Below are positions 1 to 11,371 of a stretch of 64,000 bases of DNA, piece by piece. Position 1 is the first letter of the stretch, and the number at the start of each line of letters is the position of its first letter. The position numbers and the translations under genes were made by a program. The stretch is taken from the NCBI RefSeq assembly GCF_006345805.1, contig NC_042998.1, positions 124,930,001-124,994,000 of the forward strand, written 5' to 3'. The notes beneath the pieces are model-generated. The model worked only from the letters and a program-made list of their open reading frames with translations, was not told the origin of the DNA and did no database searches. Origin of the DNA: Octopus sinensis (Eukaryota).

Positions 1-412
1 AAGCATTTTGCCCGACGTGCAAACGTTTCTGCCAGCTCACAGCCTTAATAATATTGATAATCCTTTCTACTGTAGGCACAAGGCCTGAAATTTTGAAGGG
101 AGGAGTAAGTCGATCACAATACTTGACTGGTACTTAATATAAAGTCAACCTTGGTGGAATTTGAACTCAGAAAGGTAACGGCCAGCAAAATAGTGCTAAG
201 AATTTCGCCCCGGGTGTTAAAGATTCTACTACCTCACAATAATGGTTTCAAATTTTGACACCAGGGCAGCCATTTTGGGGGAGGAGAGAAATTAATTACA
301 TCGACCCCAGTGTTTCACTGATACTTAATTTATCGACTCCGCGGTGGAATTTATCTCTCTCTGCGGACCAAATGCATTTGATTTCGGGACTTGGCTATTT
401 TATTATTTTCTC
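1..412 (-). mobile_element. Three tandem partial copies of a tRNA-derived SINE (family A)
   Basis: Segments ~1-46, 59-237 and 242-412 are reverse complements of the SINE at 50324-50540 (ctgccagctc head, tttgaactcagaa B-box, tcgaccccag core, ggcacaaggcctgaaattt tail). Confidence 0.8.
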
Positions 413-1114
413 GTAAATGATTCAATTCAAAATTTCTTCCCAGCATAGAGGGTACATTTCATCTCTTTTTCTATAAATTTATGTATTTATTTCATAATTG
501 CTTATTTTGATGTTTGATACTGAGTTTTACTTCGGTTATAGACGGTTTTGGTGCACTGTATTTTGCTATGTTTACACTTTGAATTCCAGGATGTTTGAGT
601 GCATTCACTTCTCCTCCGGTGATGTTGTTTATAAGATTTCTGCATTTGAGCTGCATAACTCAAACGGATGGTTAGAAAGGTCGGTAGTGAAATGCGTCTC
701 GTTTCTTTTTATTTAAAAAAAAAATTGCATTCTAGTTTCCAAGTGTCATACATGATATCTATACATATATGCTATATCTTATAAGACCACACTCGCTGTG
801 AAACGATCTATCTCGCCTGATTTAAGAATATTTTCTGAACTAATACTGCATATCGTCAATGAGGACAAATCTTTTTTGTTCAATAAAAGATGTTTTGATG
901 CTTTTTTTTTAGTATATCATATTTAGTATTAGTATTCGTTTAAACTGAATATTTAGTCATTAGGAAGAAACCGGGAAAATATTGGGGGATTATTTAGCTG
1001 TAATATCTTCCAGTTCGAGCGACTAACCGAAGTTACCTCTAAGGTTGTGCTGTGAGTAAAATAGATTTTATATAATTAACGCGAGTCCGCTGCCCTATCC
1101 ACTTGGCCATTGCG

Positions 1115-1122
1115 CCTCCACA

Positions 1123-1159
<37 letters not shown>
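1115..1159. repeat. (CA)n microsatellite
   Basis: Direct reading. Confidence 0.95.
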
Positions 1160-1161
<2 letters not shown>

Positions 1162-1199
1162 TGCCACACTTTCATTAAACCTCCTCTCATATGTGACAT

Positions 1200-3060
1200 T
1201 TGGTGGATGAGGGTCTTTGATGCTGCTGCTCTCATCTATGTTTCTTGCCTTGAGGTAGGTTCATCCGGAACTCTTGACAGATCTAATTTTGCTTTGAAAA
1301 AGCCTACATCCACGCCATTGAGGTCTCGCAGGTTTTGTGGGAGAATATTGAAGAATTGTAGGCCTTTGAAGCCCAAACTGATGCAGTATCTGGTCCTGTA
1401 TCCTTATAGCAGTGATGAGGCCTTTGGTACCATGTAGTAGAGCCCCATCCTGCTGCTTGTGTAAGTGACAATACCAAAGTTTGGAACATTTGTTCTAGGA
1501 TTTTCCAGATGTATATTACTGCATATCTTTCACGCCTTTGCTCCAGAGAGTAGATTATTAACTCTCAGTTTCTTTCCGTTGCTAATATGTCTAATAGTAT
1601 CGATCTTCTTTGTGTAGCTTCGCTGGATCGCCTCGAGGTCCGTCGTTAGTTTTACACTGTTTGGTTATCATAGTTGGGAGCGGTAATCCAGACGGCTGAG
1701 AACGAAAGTCCTCCGGATGATTTTTTTTTCTCTTGTTTCGAAGGATCCACTCGGCCAGACGTCTGCATTCTATTGCTAACTTGGTAATTTGCACCTAGCC
1801 ATCACTCACGCACTGATTTTGATTCGGGAATTGGAATCCCTCCTAGCTCAGTGTATCCTATCTGTTTTTCATTGAGTTTCCTGTGTTGATAGCACATGGC
1901 TTGGAATTTTCCAGCATTAAACTGCATGTTATTTTCCTCCGCCCATCTATATATTGCCTCCAACTCACGTTGCATATGCAAAACGTCTCCAGGGTTCTGT
2001 ATCCTCTGAGAAACTTTGGTATCTTCTGATAGCTAGCAAGTGTAGCTACTTGAGCAGCTGAGCGCATATCGAAGAGGGCCACTATGAATAGCTGCGGCCC
2101 CAGGACAGTTCCTGTAGAACACCACTCATTATTTGTGTTTTCTTGAAGGTGGCCCCATTAACCACCACTACCTGACTTCTATCTTTTAAAAAGTCATGTC
2201 GCCATTCTCCAAGTTTCCCAAATATACCAAGATTTCAAAGCTTGTGACAAATCATACCAATTTGCAAAGTCGAGGTATATCACGTCCACATTTGAGTTGT
2301 TGAGCAGCTGCTTTAGCACCCAGCGCAAGAGCTGCGTCAGACAGTTTCTACCTGCTTGAAAACCATGCTGGGTGTCAGTCAGCAAGTCATTCTATTCAAG
2401 GAATGCAATTAAGTTTTTAACATCTGCTCTGTTTTCTTCTTTATGGCTAGGGCATATCATTCTCTCCTTTAGTTTGTCCGGTAGTTTACCATATTTGATG
2501 AAGCTCTGATAAGTAGCTGCAATGGTTTTGCAAGGACTCATTTGCATGACTTGAGAAGGATTGCTGGAAACTCATCAGGGTCAGAAGCTCAGTTTACATC
2601 TATATCATCTATTGTTAGCATTACATCTTTTTCTTCGATGTTAATGTAAATCAATTGTTACTGCCTCCCGTTTAGCTTCTGTAGTGGTAAAGATTTCTAC
2701 AGATTTACTAACTTGCATGTGCCGTAGGATTGGGATGGATGAAGACACTTTTAAGCTGTTCATTCAGTGTTTCACTTACCCTTATTGCGTTTCTCGTGGG
2801 GAGCCATTCTTTGGAGGAATGGCCCTATCCTGCAATGCACAGAGGCAGTCCCCTTGGTGTATCTAAAGAAGGCATTAGGGTCTGATTTTATATTTCTCAT
2901 GACCCAGGCTTCTCTGTCTGATCTTTCCTTCTCATGAGAGTGATTCAATTCTTTCTCAATCATCAGCAATGCTACTGCAATCTTTGTTCGCTGTCTCATA
3001 AGAATTCCCTCTCCTTGGGATTTTGTTTTTATGAGCAGTGGCCATTCTCACCGGGACAAA
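1200..3060 (-). mobile_element. Degenerate CR1/L2-group LINE, RT and 3' end
   Basis: Minus-strand peptides across frameshifts: NIKSDPNAFFRY; QHGFQAGRNCLTQLL...NVDVIYLDFA; WILR...TFVLSRLDY...LEAIQRSYTKKI; YSLEQRRERYAVIYIWKIL; GLQFFNILPQNLRDLNGVDVGFFKAKLD...VPDEP. These are typical CR1-group ORF2 motifs. Confidence 0.85.
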
Positions 3061-3599
3061 GTTGTAGCATATAGCTAGCATTACTGACAAAAGCTTTCAA
3101 TTTTATGTCTATGAAAGGTATATATTTGTAAAACTACAAAGAGAAGAATAAAATATCCTAGTATCAATTGATTTCGCTCCTAGGATCACTACGTAAACAA
3201 TTTTTAAAATATATTTTTACCATTCCGTGTGCGTCTGTTCAGCTGAAGGACGCGCATCTTCCAAACGAAAAGTTATCATTATCTTTAAAACAATAATGAT
3301 AAAGTGGCCAACATACATAATCAAATAGGCAATGCACATATTAAAAGTCAGGGTACAGTATGTACCTACTTGCTAGAAATAAGAGTTAAAACTCTCCAAA
3401 GTCTCGCATCTCTCACTATATGTAAACACGCAAGGAGAATTTACCAAGTATACAAAAAAAATAGTCGTCCCCATTTATAAAACTACAAATATATATAATC
3501 CCCCAAAAAGCGGAAACAAAATACAAGAAAAAATAACAACGCGAGGACGTAGTACATGCAAAGTATTAATAAGACGATCAGGGAAGGAAGGAAAGAGTG

Positions 3600-3632
3600 T
3601 TTTATGTTTCGATCAAAGCTCTTCTTCAGAAA
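3600..3632 (-). ncRNA. Minimal hammerhead-ribozyme-like motif H1 (degenerate)
   Basis: Minus strand: ttt-CTGAAGA-a-GAGC-ttt-GATC-GAAA-CA-TA-aaa. Confidence 0.55.
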
Positions 3633-3766
3633 CAGGAGACAGTGGAAAGTCCAAGGGAAAAGGAAGACAGAGGTCAAAAATCGCCAACAATCCCGTAACT
3701 ACATTTGGATTGTTGGCGATTTTTTCCTCCGTCTTTCTTTTCTCTTGGACTTTCCTCTGTCTCCTA

Positions 3767-3799
3767 TTTCTGAAGAAAAGCTTTGTTCGAAACGTAAAA
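3767..3799 (+). ncRNA. Minimal hammerhead-ribozyme-like motif H2 (degenerate)
   Basis: ttt-CTGAAGA-a-AAGC-ttt-GTTC-GAAA-CG-TA-aaa. Combining H1 and H2 restores a GAGC/GCTC stem II and GAAACGTA. Confidence 0.55.
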
Positions 3800-4048
3800 C
3801 ACCCTTTCTTTCCTTCTCTAATCGCCTTATTAATACTTTACATGTACCACGTCCTCGCGTTGTTTCCTCTTGTATTTTTCTCAGTTTTTTGGGGGTGGGG
3901 AGGAATTAAGTACTTACCGCACGTTCTCACTGACCCCCGTCCTTATGAATGGCTTTCGAGCACCTAATTCGTGGAATTCTTTCTACCATCGGATTACATT
4001 ACCTTATCCATTTAGAGTATGCCGTTTCTGCACTTTGATTGTGAATCA

Positions 4049-4093
<45 letters not shown>

Positions 4094-4153
4094 TATATAT
4101 ATATATATACATACATATTATATATATATATATATATATAATATATATAATAT

Positions 4154-4186
<33 letters not shown>

Positions 4187-4236
4187 GATATATATATACA
4201 TACATATTATATATATATATATATATAATACATACA

Positions 4237-4299
<63 letters not shown>

Positions 4300-4477
4300 C
4301 ATATATAATATATATATATTATATATATATATATATATACATACATATATTATATATATATATATATATATATACATACATATTTATATATATATATATA
4401 TATATATATAATACATACATATTTATATATATATATATAATATATATATATACATACATATTTATATATATATATAT

Positions 4478-4567
<90 letters not shown>

Positions 4568-4593
4568 TTATATATATATATATATATACATAC

Positions 4594-4625
<32 letters not shown>

Positions 4626-4664
4626 CTACATATATATAATATATATATATAATATATACATACA

Positions 4665-4710
<46 letters not shown>

Positions 4711-4846
4711 CATATTTATATATATATATATATATATACATACATATTTATATATACATATATATATATATACACATATTTATATATATATATATATACA
4801 TACATATATATATATATACATACATATTTATATATATATATATACA

Positions 4847-4895
<49 letters not shown>

Positions 4896-4930
4896 TTATA
4901 TATATATATTATATATATATATATAATATA
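4049..4930. repeat. Compound (TA)n / TACATACA-punctuated AT minisatellite
   Basis: About 880 bp of (TA)n interrupted repeatedly by tacatacatatt(t). Confidence 0.95.
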
Positions 4931-4988
4931 TATATGAAAAAACAAGTAAAAAATAGAAAATGCTAAAATAATTTTATAGTGAACATTT

Positions 4989-5026
4989 CAGTACCGTTTT
5001 CGGTCATTTTGAGACCTTTTCAACTG
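4989..5026 (-). ncRNA. Minimal hammerhead motif H3 (mirror of H4, one stem III substitution)
   Basis: Minus: cag-TTGAAAA-ggtc-tcaaaat-gacc-GAAA-ACGG-TA-ctg. Confidence 0.6.
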
Positions 5027-5284
5027 TAACGATTAAATAATTAAATTTAGAAAAATTAGAAGAAAAGTTTTTTTAAAAGAATATTTCTATAGTAGTGTTC
5101 AGATTTAAGTGGCATTCTGCCTTTCTCTGACTCCCTTGTTTGCAGTTGTGTGTTCGAGCACACAAGTGCAAACAAGGGAGTCAGAGAAAGGCAGAATGCC
5201 ACTTAAATCTGAACACTACTATAGAAATATTCTTTTAAAAAAACTTTTCTTCTAATTTTTCTAAAGTTAATTATTTAATCGTTA

Positions 5285-5322
5285 CAGTTGAAAAGGTCTC
5301 AAAATGACCGAAACCGGTACTG
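5285..5322 (+). ncRNA. Minimal type-I hammerhead motif H4 with U3-A8 core variant
   Basis: cag-TTGAAAA-ggtc-tcaaaat-gacc-GAAA-CCGG-TA-ctg. Stem I is cag/ctg, stem II is ggtc/gacc, and stem III is the palindrome ACCGGT. Confidence 0.72.
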
Positions 5323-5409
5323 AAATGTTCACTATAAAATTATTTTAGCATTTTCTATTTTTTACTTGTTTTTTCATATATATCAACTCGTGTGTTCCTT
5401 TTCACCCTT

Positions 5410-5485
<76 letters not shown>

Positions 5486-5512
5486 CATATTATATATATA
5501 TATGTACATATA
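5410..5512. repeat. (TA)n microsatellite
   Basis: Direct reading. Confidence 0.9.
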
Positions 5513-5556
5513 TACATGTTAAATTATTATTAGGGTTTTTTTTTTTTTTTTAAAGG

Positions 5557-5740
5557 GATGTGAAGGCCTGCAACATCAACATTAGCGGTTGGGAGGCAGT
5601 CGCCGGCAACCGTGGAGAATGGCGACGTACAGTAAAAGAGGGTATACAGAGGAGTGGCAGAAAGAGAGAGGAGAAATGGAAAGAAAGGAAGAGACATAAA
5701 CAAGAGACCATGGCACTACAACCAGCCAGGAACAGTACAT
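5557..5740 (+). mobile_element. RTE/BovB-type LINE 3' ORF fragment
   Basis: DVKACNINISGWEAVAGNRGEWRRTVKEG matches the conserved RTE C-terminal motif (W-E-x-x-A-x-D/N-R-x-x-W-R). Confidence 0.75.
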
Positions 5741-6394
5741 ATTACATGTACATCTATATATATACACCTACACATAAAATACAAAATACAAAGTTATATC
5801 TTGATATCGCTAGTGATAACAATACTCAAAATATGTAACAGACCGGAATTGTAGGCCCGTCTCTTGCAATTTCGATCAATTGTATCTTGTCCTCCCTCTT
5901 GTATATAAGTGTGGCTACAATCCAGCCTACCTCTACTTCTGGGGGGACATTTATAATTTTTATCCGGGACGTCCTACGCCCCAGATATTAAGGTGAAAAT
6001 AACATATTTCCACTTTGCAAGGTTCGAGTCAAGTACTCCCTTGCACGTTCCGTTGACTCGAACCATGCTTCTATTGTGGCGAATTTATCGCCTCTGGTTA
6101 GATATAGTCCTTTATGTATAATAGTCCATCTGGACTATTCTATTTCTGCACGCTAATTTTATTTTTAATTTATTCCCATTCATGTGAAACCACTTATTCA
6201 AGTTAAGTCATTGATGCAATTTTATACCAATTGCTATTTTTACTTTTGTTATGTTACGATTATATTATACTTTAGTTTGATTTTAATTATTACTTACTAC
6301 ATATAATTCAATTGTTATTATTATTTTTATTGTTAAAGTGAAAGTATCTGACATAAAATAGAGAAATGTTTTTGTTTCACTTTTAGCACGTAAT

Positions 6395-6590
6395 ACTGAA
6401 ATAGTGGTGAAGATATGATATTGCTATGGGCTCGCTCTAGGCAAGAAGTTGAACATTTTTTTGCCGATGACACTCCTCAGACCCTTAGTAAGGCATGTGT
6501 AAAATTTGAATGAAATTGGTTGTGTAGTTCTCAAGTTTTAGGGAACACACATACAGATACACATTCTCAGTTTTATATATATATATAATA
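6395..6590 (-). mobile_element. Non-autonomous Helitron-like 5' segment
   Basis: Minus: tatatataaaactgagaatgtgtatctgtatgtgtg...accaatttcattcaaattttacaca, the same layout as the 5' end of the Helitron at 28521 (tatataaacggcagtttgtctgtg...accgattctgatgaaacttgacaca). Confidence 0.5.
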
Positions 6591-6635
6591 TATATATATA
6601 TTATATATATATATATATAAATGTATGTATGTATT

Positions 6636-6675
<40 letters not shown>

Positions 6676-6797
6676 TGTATGTATATATGTATTGTATTGG
6701 CATCCTTTCTGTCTCTGGAGACAATGGAGTTGCGCATTTTTTTTTTTTTTCTAGGTCTAGACCGGCTGTTAAATTTTATTTTCTGTTACATTTCTTG

Positions 6798-6939
6798 CTT
6801 ACAAACTACAGAATTTTCTCAAGAAAGCCAAGAGAAAAAGATGTTTTATAAACACATTCTACCAGTATACGAAGTTTAAAAGTGTTTAGTTACAAAGAAG
6901 TTATTTTTCTTTAAAATGCCGGTCAAAGCGAAAAGATCC
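6798..6939 (+). mobile_element. Truncated 3' part of the MITE at 35477-35926
   Basis: High identity to ~35788-35926, ending in the TIR tgccggtcaaagcgaaaagatcc. Confidence 0.85.
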
Positions 6940-8587
6940 TTTTCGTCTTTGTTTTCTGTAAATTTTAATAATAATAATAATAATAATAATAATAGTGTGT
7001 GCGTGTATGTGTGCATGTGTGTGTGTACACACGTAACTGCTATTTCAACAACTAGGATTGATAGAGACACTTAAATCAGCAACCACCGACATTACTTATG
7101 CTGCTACTAATAGCCACTTCTTAACACCAATACTACCAGTAATAAACAAAATAAAACTAATACTGCTAAAATTGTTACTATTTTCAATTTATTTTTCCCC
7201 TTCGCTTACAGCGTGACTAAATCATCTTAAAACGACTGAATCCAGTAGCATTCTTCGATATAAATATTTTCTTTCTCGTAGTCTTGATAAAGTTCTGAAA
7301 GCATTTCTTTTTGTTAATATATGTGTGTATACTTAAGTTTATATGTATGAATATATGCATGAATGTATATACAGCATTTTTTTATTTGTGTATGCATATG
7401 AGCATATATTGTATTAGTGTTTTATGAGCCTATTTAAAAAATACATATATTATATTATATTCACTTGTCTTTTATGAGTATTTTGTGATAACAGTATTTG
7501 CCATTAAATATCAAAGTTGTTCGATTTTGAAATGCAAGAATAATTTTAATAAATGCAACAATACTGTATTTTTACTAATAACATTCAGTGATATTTTTTT
7601 CCTTTTTAAATCTATGCTTATCACTATCACTGTGACTGATCTAATATAAACAAATTATGCATGAAACAAAAGATGTTTTCTTTTTCATGTTTATGTAAAT
7701 TGTTTCTAAAATGGAACTTGCGTTTTATGTTTATTTTTACAGTTCAGATTTCCATTTCTTTTATAAATTACAATGTTACAATGTGAAGGTGAAACCTATA
7801 ATAATACATTAATGTATTGGTATCATAACTTTCAAGTACAAGTTCTTACGTTGAGATACATTTATAAGAAAACAGTACATAGTCTCATGACTCAACCGTG
7901 TTGCGTCCTTGAAACCAAGTTAAATTTTATGCTTTGAAAGAATATGATACTGTTGTGTGGACGCTCCCAGACGATTAAGTAGACTAGCCCAATACGTAGA
8001 TATAGAGGGAGAAGTCTAGACGTTAGGGTAGCAGTCAGCGGTTAAGATAGTGAAGTTTAATCAAATAGTAAGAGTGAAAGTATCCTCATACATATATGCA
8101 GAGGATATGAAAGCGATAGTGATCGAAAAGGAAAACTACAAGAAATTGGAAGAAATGTGTGGAGATAGTATTTACCCACCAGGAGTAAGGGTGGAATTCT
8201 AAGAATTGCCACCAGTAGTGGATTTAATAGAAATTGAACCATTGATGAAGTACTACTGAAAAGAAAGTAAGTATGTTAAATTGACAGGAAAAAAAGAAAA
8301 AGGAAAAAAAGAAAAAGGAGAAAAAGAAAAAGGAGAAAAAAGGGGAAAAAAAGAAAGAGCCTGGTGTTTTACGTTATGTTTTTTAAAATATTGAAAAATA
8401 GATGAACAATTGTAGATAATGTATATAACGGTTCAAATACTTGCAAGGTATGTAACATGATAGTTAATTGCTTTGTAAATACATGATAAAAATGGACTGT
8501 AAAAAAGATTAATGGTACCGCATGCGATGAGGGGCGCATGCAGCCATTCATAACCTCATTGTTATATAATCATCTCATTCATATTCC

Positions 8588-8748
8588 TGTTATGTATTGT
8601 CCCCTATGTGGTGTCCTGTCTGTCCTTGTTTGTCCCCTTCTATTTTGGGCCCTTGTGGCTAATAAAGAAAAGAGTCAGATTAGCGGTAAGAAGAGCAGAG
8701 TTGAGTAGAAGGCATCCGAACGTGCGACATAACAGTGGCGACGGGGAT
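8588..8748 (+). mobile_element. Short LTR (8588-8734) followed by a primer-binding site
   Basis: Termini TGTTATGT...ACATAACA form a perfect 8-bp inverted repeat. AATAAA is at 8661. After 1 nt comes TGGCGACGGGGAT, one mismatch from the complement of the tRNA-Ser(GCU) 3' end as I recall it (TGGCGACGAGGAT). Confidence 0.6.
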
Positions 8749-9573
8749 TTCGTAGCTTACACAGCCACTGTGTAGTATTGCGGCATAACAGATATCCTGT
8801 TTAAATATCTTCTAGGATGTTACTGTGATTGCAAGAACATTTAAACCTACTAATTTTCTGGCAACCCAGATCTGCGATGCACATTCTTTTGTTTTATTTA
8901 TTTATTGTTTTGTTGTAACATTCTACTTCCCTTACTCTTCGTAAATGTGAATTTGAGCCTAGAGAAGTGTCGGTGCCACTGTGCTTATGTGTTGATGACA
9001 GTACACTAATATGAACCTTTTCCTAGTCACCCATAAGTCATAAAGAGCAACGAAATATTGTCTTGTAATTAGAGGGTTAATAGTCTATAAGTAGATTTGT
9101 ATAAGTTTAGGTATGGAAGTGTGAAGGGCACAATAATGAAATCTTCGTAAAAAGTAAATTTCAAATGAAGTAGATTGACAGTTATTTCCATTCGAATTTG
9201 TGAATTATTTTGATATTTCTATATGTTATATATGATGTTGTTATGGGTTGCTTATTTATAAACGATATATAATATGATAGTTTTGGCTCAGGGATATATT
9301 GACATCTATTATAATAATTTTAGAAAGAGTGCGTTGGTAATACCAAATACGAGTGCTTTTAGAGTTCTTGTTCTTGGTAGATACATCAAGCTGAAGTATG
9401 CAAAACGCTTGTATCAAATTAGTCTGGATCCCAAGTGAAAAGAAATGAACTCATTTGAAAATGTGTGCAAAGTTGTTTCTATGTGGATTAAAGGTCGTCC
9501 AGTCTATAAAGTTCTAAATGCTTTTTCTGCTGTACAGTTAAAAAACAAAACGGATAGTTTTCTGTCTTAAGAA

Positions 9574-9765
9574 ATAATGTAATGGAGTGGATGTAGATGT
9601 TTACAAACGTGAACTTGACCTCTGGCTCGCCGAGATCCCGGATGAGCCAATATCTAAGCAAGAAACTCAAAAAAGGGCAGTAGAATCGCACTCCATCCTT
9701 CACCAAAAGCCGCTCCGACAAAGGTGGAAAGTGGAAAGATGATTACAATGGTGGTGCTCGAGCAT
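9574..9765 (+). mobile_element. CR1-group LINE 3' fragment
   Basis: NGVDVDVYKRELDLWLAEIPDEPISKQETQKRAVESHSILHQ parallels the C-terminus of the 1200-3060 element. Confidence 0.75.
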
Positions 9766-10218
9766 GGTCACAGTCATTGAACTGAGAATAAGAATAAGAC
9801 CAATAGGCCACTTTTCAGAAAAGAGAGAAAATGAAACTAAACATTTTCACAAAATGAGTTTGAATTGTTCATTTTCTAGCAAATGTATGTTCTTTAGAGA
9901 TGAGCCTCTGATAAGCCAAGCTTGCCATCAGATTTTCGTTCTAGTTTGTACATATTTTACATTTACATTACCATTGATATTTTAGAATTGTGTGAAACTG
10001 GCCTTATGAATCCTAAGGCTCAAAGAAGAAAGCAGAATAATGGAAACGTATGATCCTCTTGTGAACTCAAAATATTGTTCCTAAGAAATACTGTAATAGT
10101 TCAGTTGCCAGTTGTGTAGAATGGTGGAACGCCTCAAAATATGCAACACTATCCAGTATTTTATTAATAAAGTATATTCTGTTTTTAATTTCTTATCACG
10201 CTCTTTTAATTTCTTGTC

Positions 10219-10362
10219 ATGCTCTTAGGGACCGGAAAGGTTATCAGGAGGATTCTAAGCACTTGAAAGAATATTTGAAAGTTTGTGGATACCTAAGGTT
10301 AAGGATGGTAACCTGCTACCCACATAAATCCTACCAGAAGTAAGACCGAACCTGAGTCAAAT
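10219..10362 (+). mobile_element. R4/Dong-clade (RLE) retrotransposon 3' end
   Basis: LLGTGKVIRRILST* is the conserved RLE C-terminus (LLGTAxILRxVL). A short UTR follows and runs into (AAT)(GAT)n(GGT)n. Confidence 0.6.
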
Positions 10363-10371
10363 CAATAATAA

Positions 10372-10389
<18 letters not shown>

Positions 10390-10405
<16 letters not shown>

Positions 10406-10885
10406 GGTGTTTCAATAAAAACACGGGTGGTTGCATCACCTCATCACCGGAATCCTCGTGAGTGAAAAGGTCAAATAAAAATGCATTAAACAACGGCATG
10501 AATGTGGTTGAAACCGAACACAGTGTATACGAGGGTAGGTGTGGACTCTGAGCCTTGGTTAGCAACCCACCTAGGGATGGTGTCACGATAAAACTAGTGG
10601 TAATTGCACAACTTTACAAATGCTACCTCTAAATGAGTGATGTCAAAATCAATGAATAATCACAACTGCGCTGACAGAACCGGAATTGTTAGCAGTAAAA
10701 AGTGCAAAAGAAAAAAAAAAGAACTGAAATGGGAAAAGAAGGTAAAGAAAATTTTGTAATTGAATGCTGGCTGAGAAGTGAGCCAAATAAAAAAGGCTTC
10801 ATGAAACGAATGAAGAGAATATGGGATGAAAAAGGAGTTTTTAAAGCATCTGCCCAGCGGTTGAAGAAATTCAGAGAAGATTAAG
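10390..10885 (+). mobile_element. R4/Dong-clade retrotransposon 5' fragment
   Basis: IECWLRSEPNKKGFMKRMKRIWDEKGVFKASAQRL matches the N-terminal conserved block of R4/Dong ORFs. Confidence 0.7.
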
Positions 10886-10920
10886 AAAAAAAGCGTCAAA
10901 TAGCAGTAGCAGAAAGCGGT

Positions 10921-11293
10921 AAAAGGTAAAGTTGACTTCGATGGAACTTGAACTCAGAACGTACCCGCAGATGAAATACCGCTAAGCATTTCGCCCGTGT
11001 GCTTTCGATTCTGCCAGTTCACCGATTTATCCCCACAACAATGATAATAATAATAATAATAATGATAATAATAATCCTTTCCACTATAGGCACAAGTCCT
11101 GAAATTTGGGAGAGGAGAAACGTCGATTACGTCGAACCCAGTGCGTCACTGGTACTTAATTTATCGACCCCGAACGGATGAAAGACAAAGTCGACTTCGG
11201 CAGAATTTGAACTCAGAACGTAAAGACGGACAAAATGCCGCTAAGCACAATGCCCGGCGTGCTAACGACTCTGCCAGCTCCGTTCGCTGCCTT
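10921..11293 (-). mobile_element. Two SINE family A copies (10921-11023 partial, 11072-11293)
   Basis: Reverse-complement match to 50324-50540; the copies are separated by (AAT)n. Confidence 0.85.
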
Positions 11294-11311
11294 GTCACAA
11301 TGTTGATGATG

Positions 11312-11353
<42 letters not shown>

Positions 11354-11371
11354 TAATAATAATAATAATAA

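Larger units (their letters stand above)
3500..3895. repeat. Imperfect fold-back palindrome, ~195-bp arms and 13-nt loop (3694-3706)
   Basis: aaaaatcgccaacaatcc / ggattgttggcgattttt flank the loop. Arms stay alignable to ccccc (3500) / ggggg (3895), roughly 85-90% identical by eye. ORFs 3483-3677(-) and 3710-3967(+) are near-identical peptides. Confidence 0.93.
4928..5383. repeat. Near-perfect spacerless palindrome, 2 x 228 bp, centred on TCGA at 5154-5157
   Basis: Block-by-block comparison: position x pairs with 10311-x, with 4 mismatches and no indels. Confidence 0.97.

Noticed and set aside
498-716. 72-aa ORF and opposite-strand frames
   Set aside because: No recognisable domain or paired splice sites.
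3999-4713. Multiple Y/I/M-rich ORFs (also at 16072, 17066, 21172-21513 and 63175-63714)
   Set aside because: Translations of (TA)n, (GATA)n, (AAT)n and (TACA)n microsatellites that lack stops in some frames.
7960-8270. Purine-rich, nearly open frame resembling LINE ORF1/gag
   Set aside because: Several stops and no recognisable motif; cannot assign.
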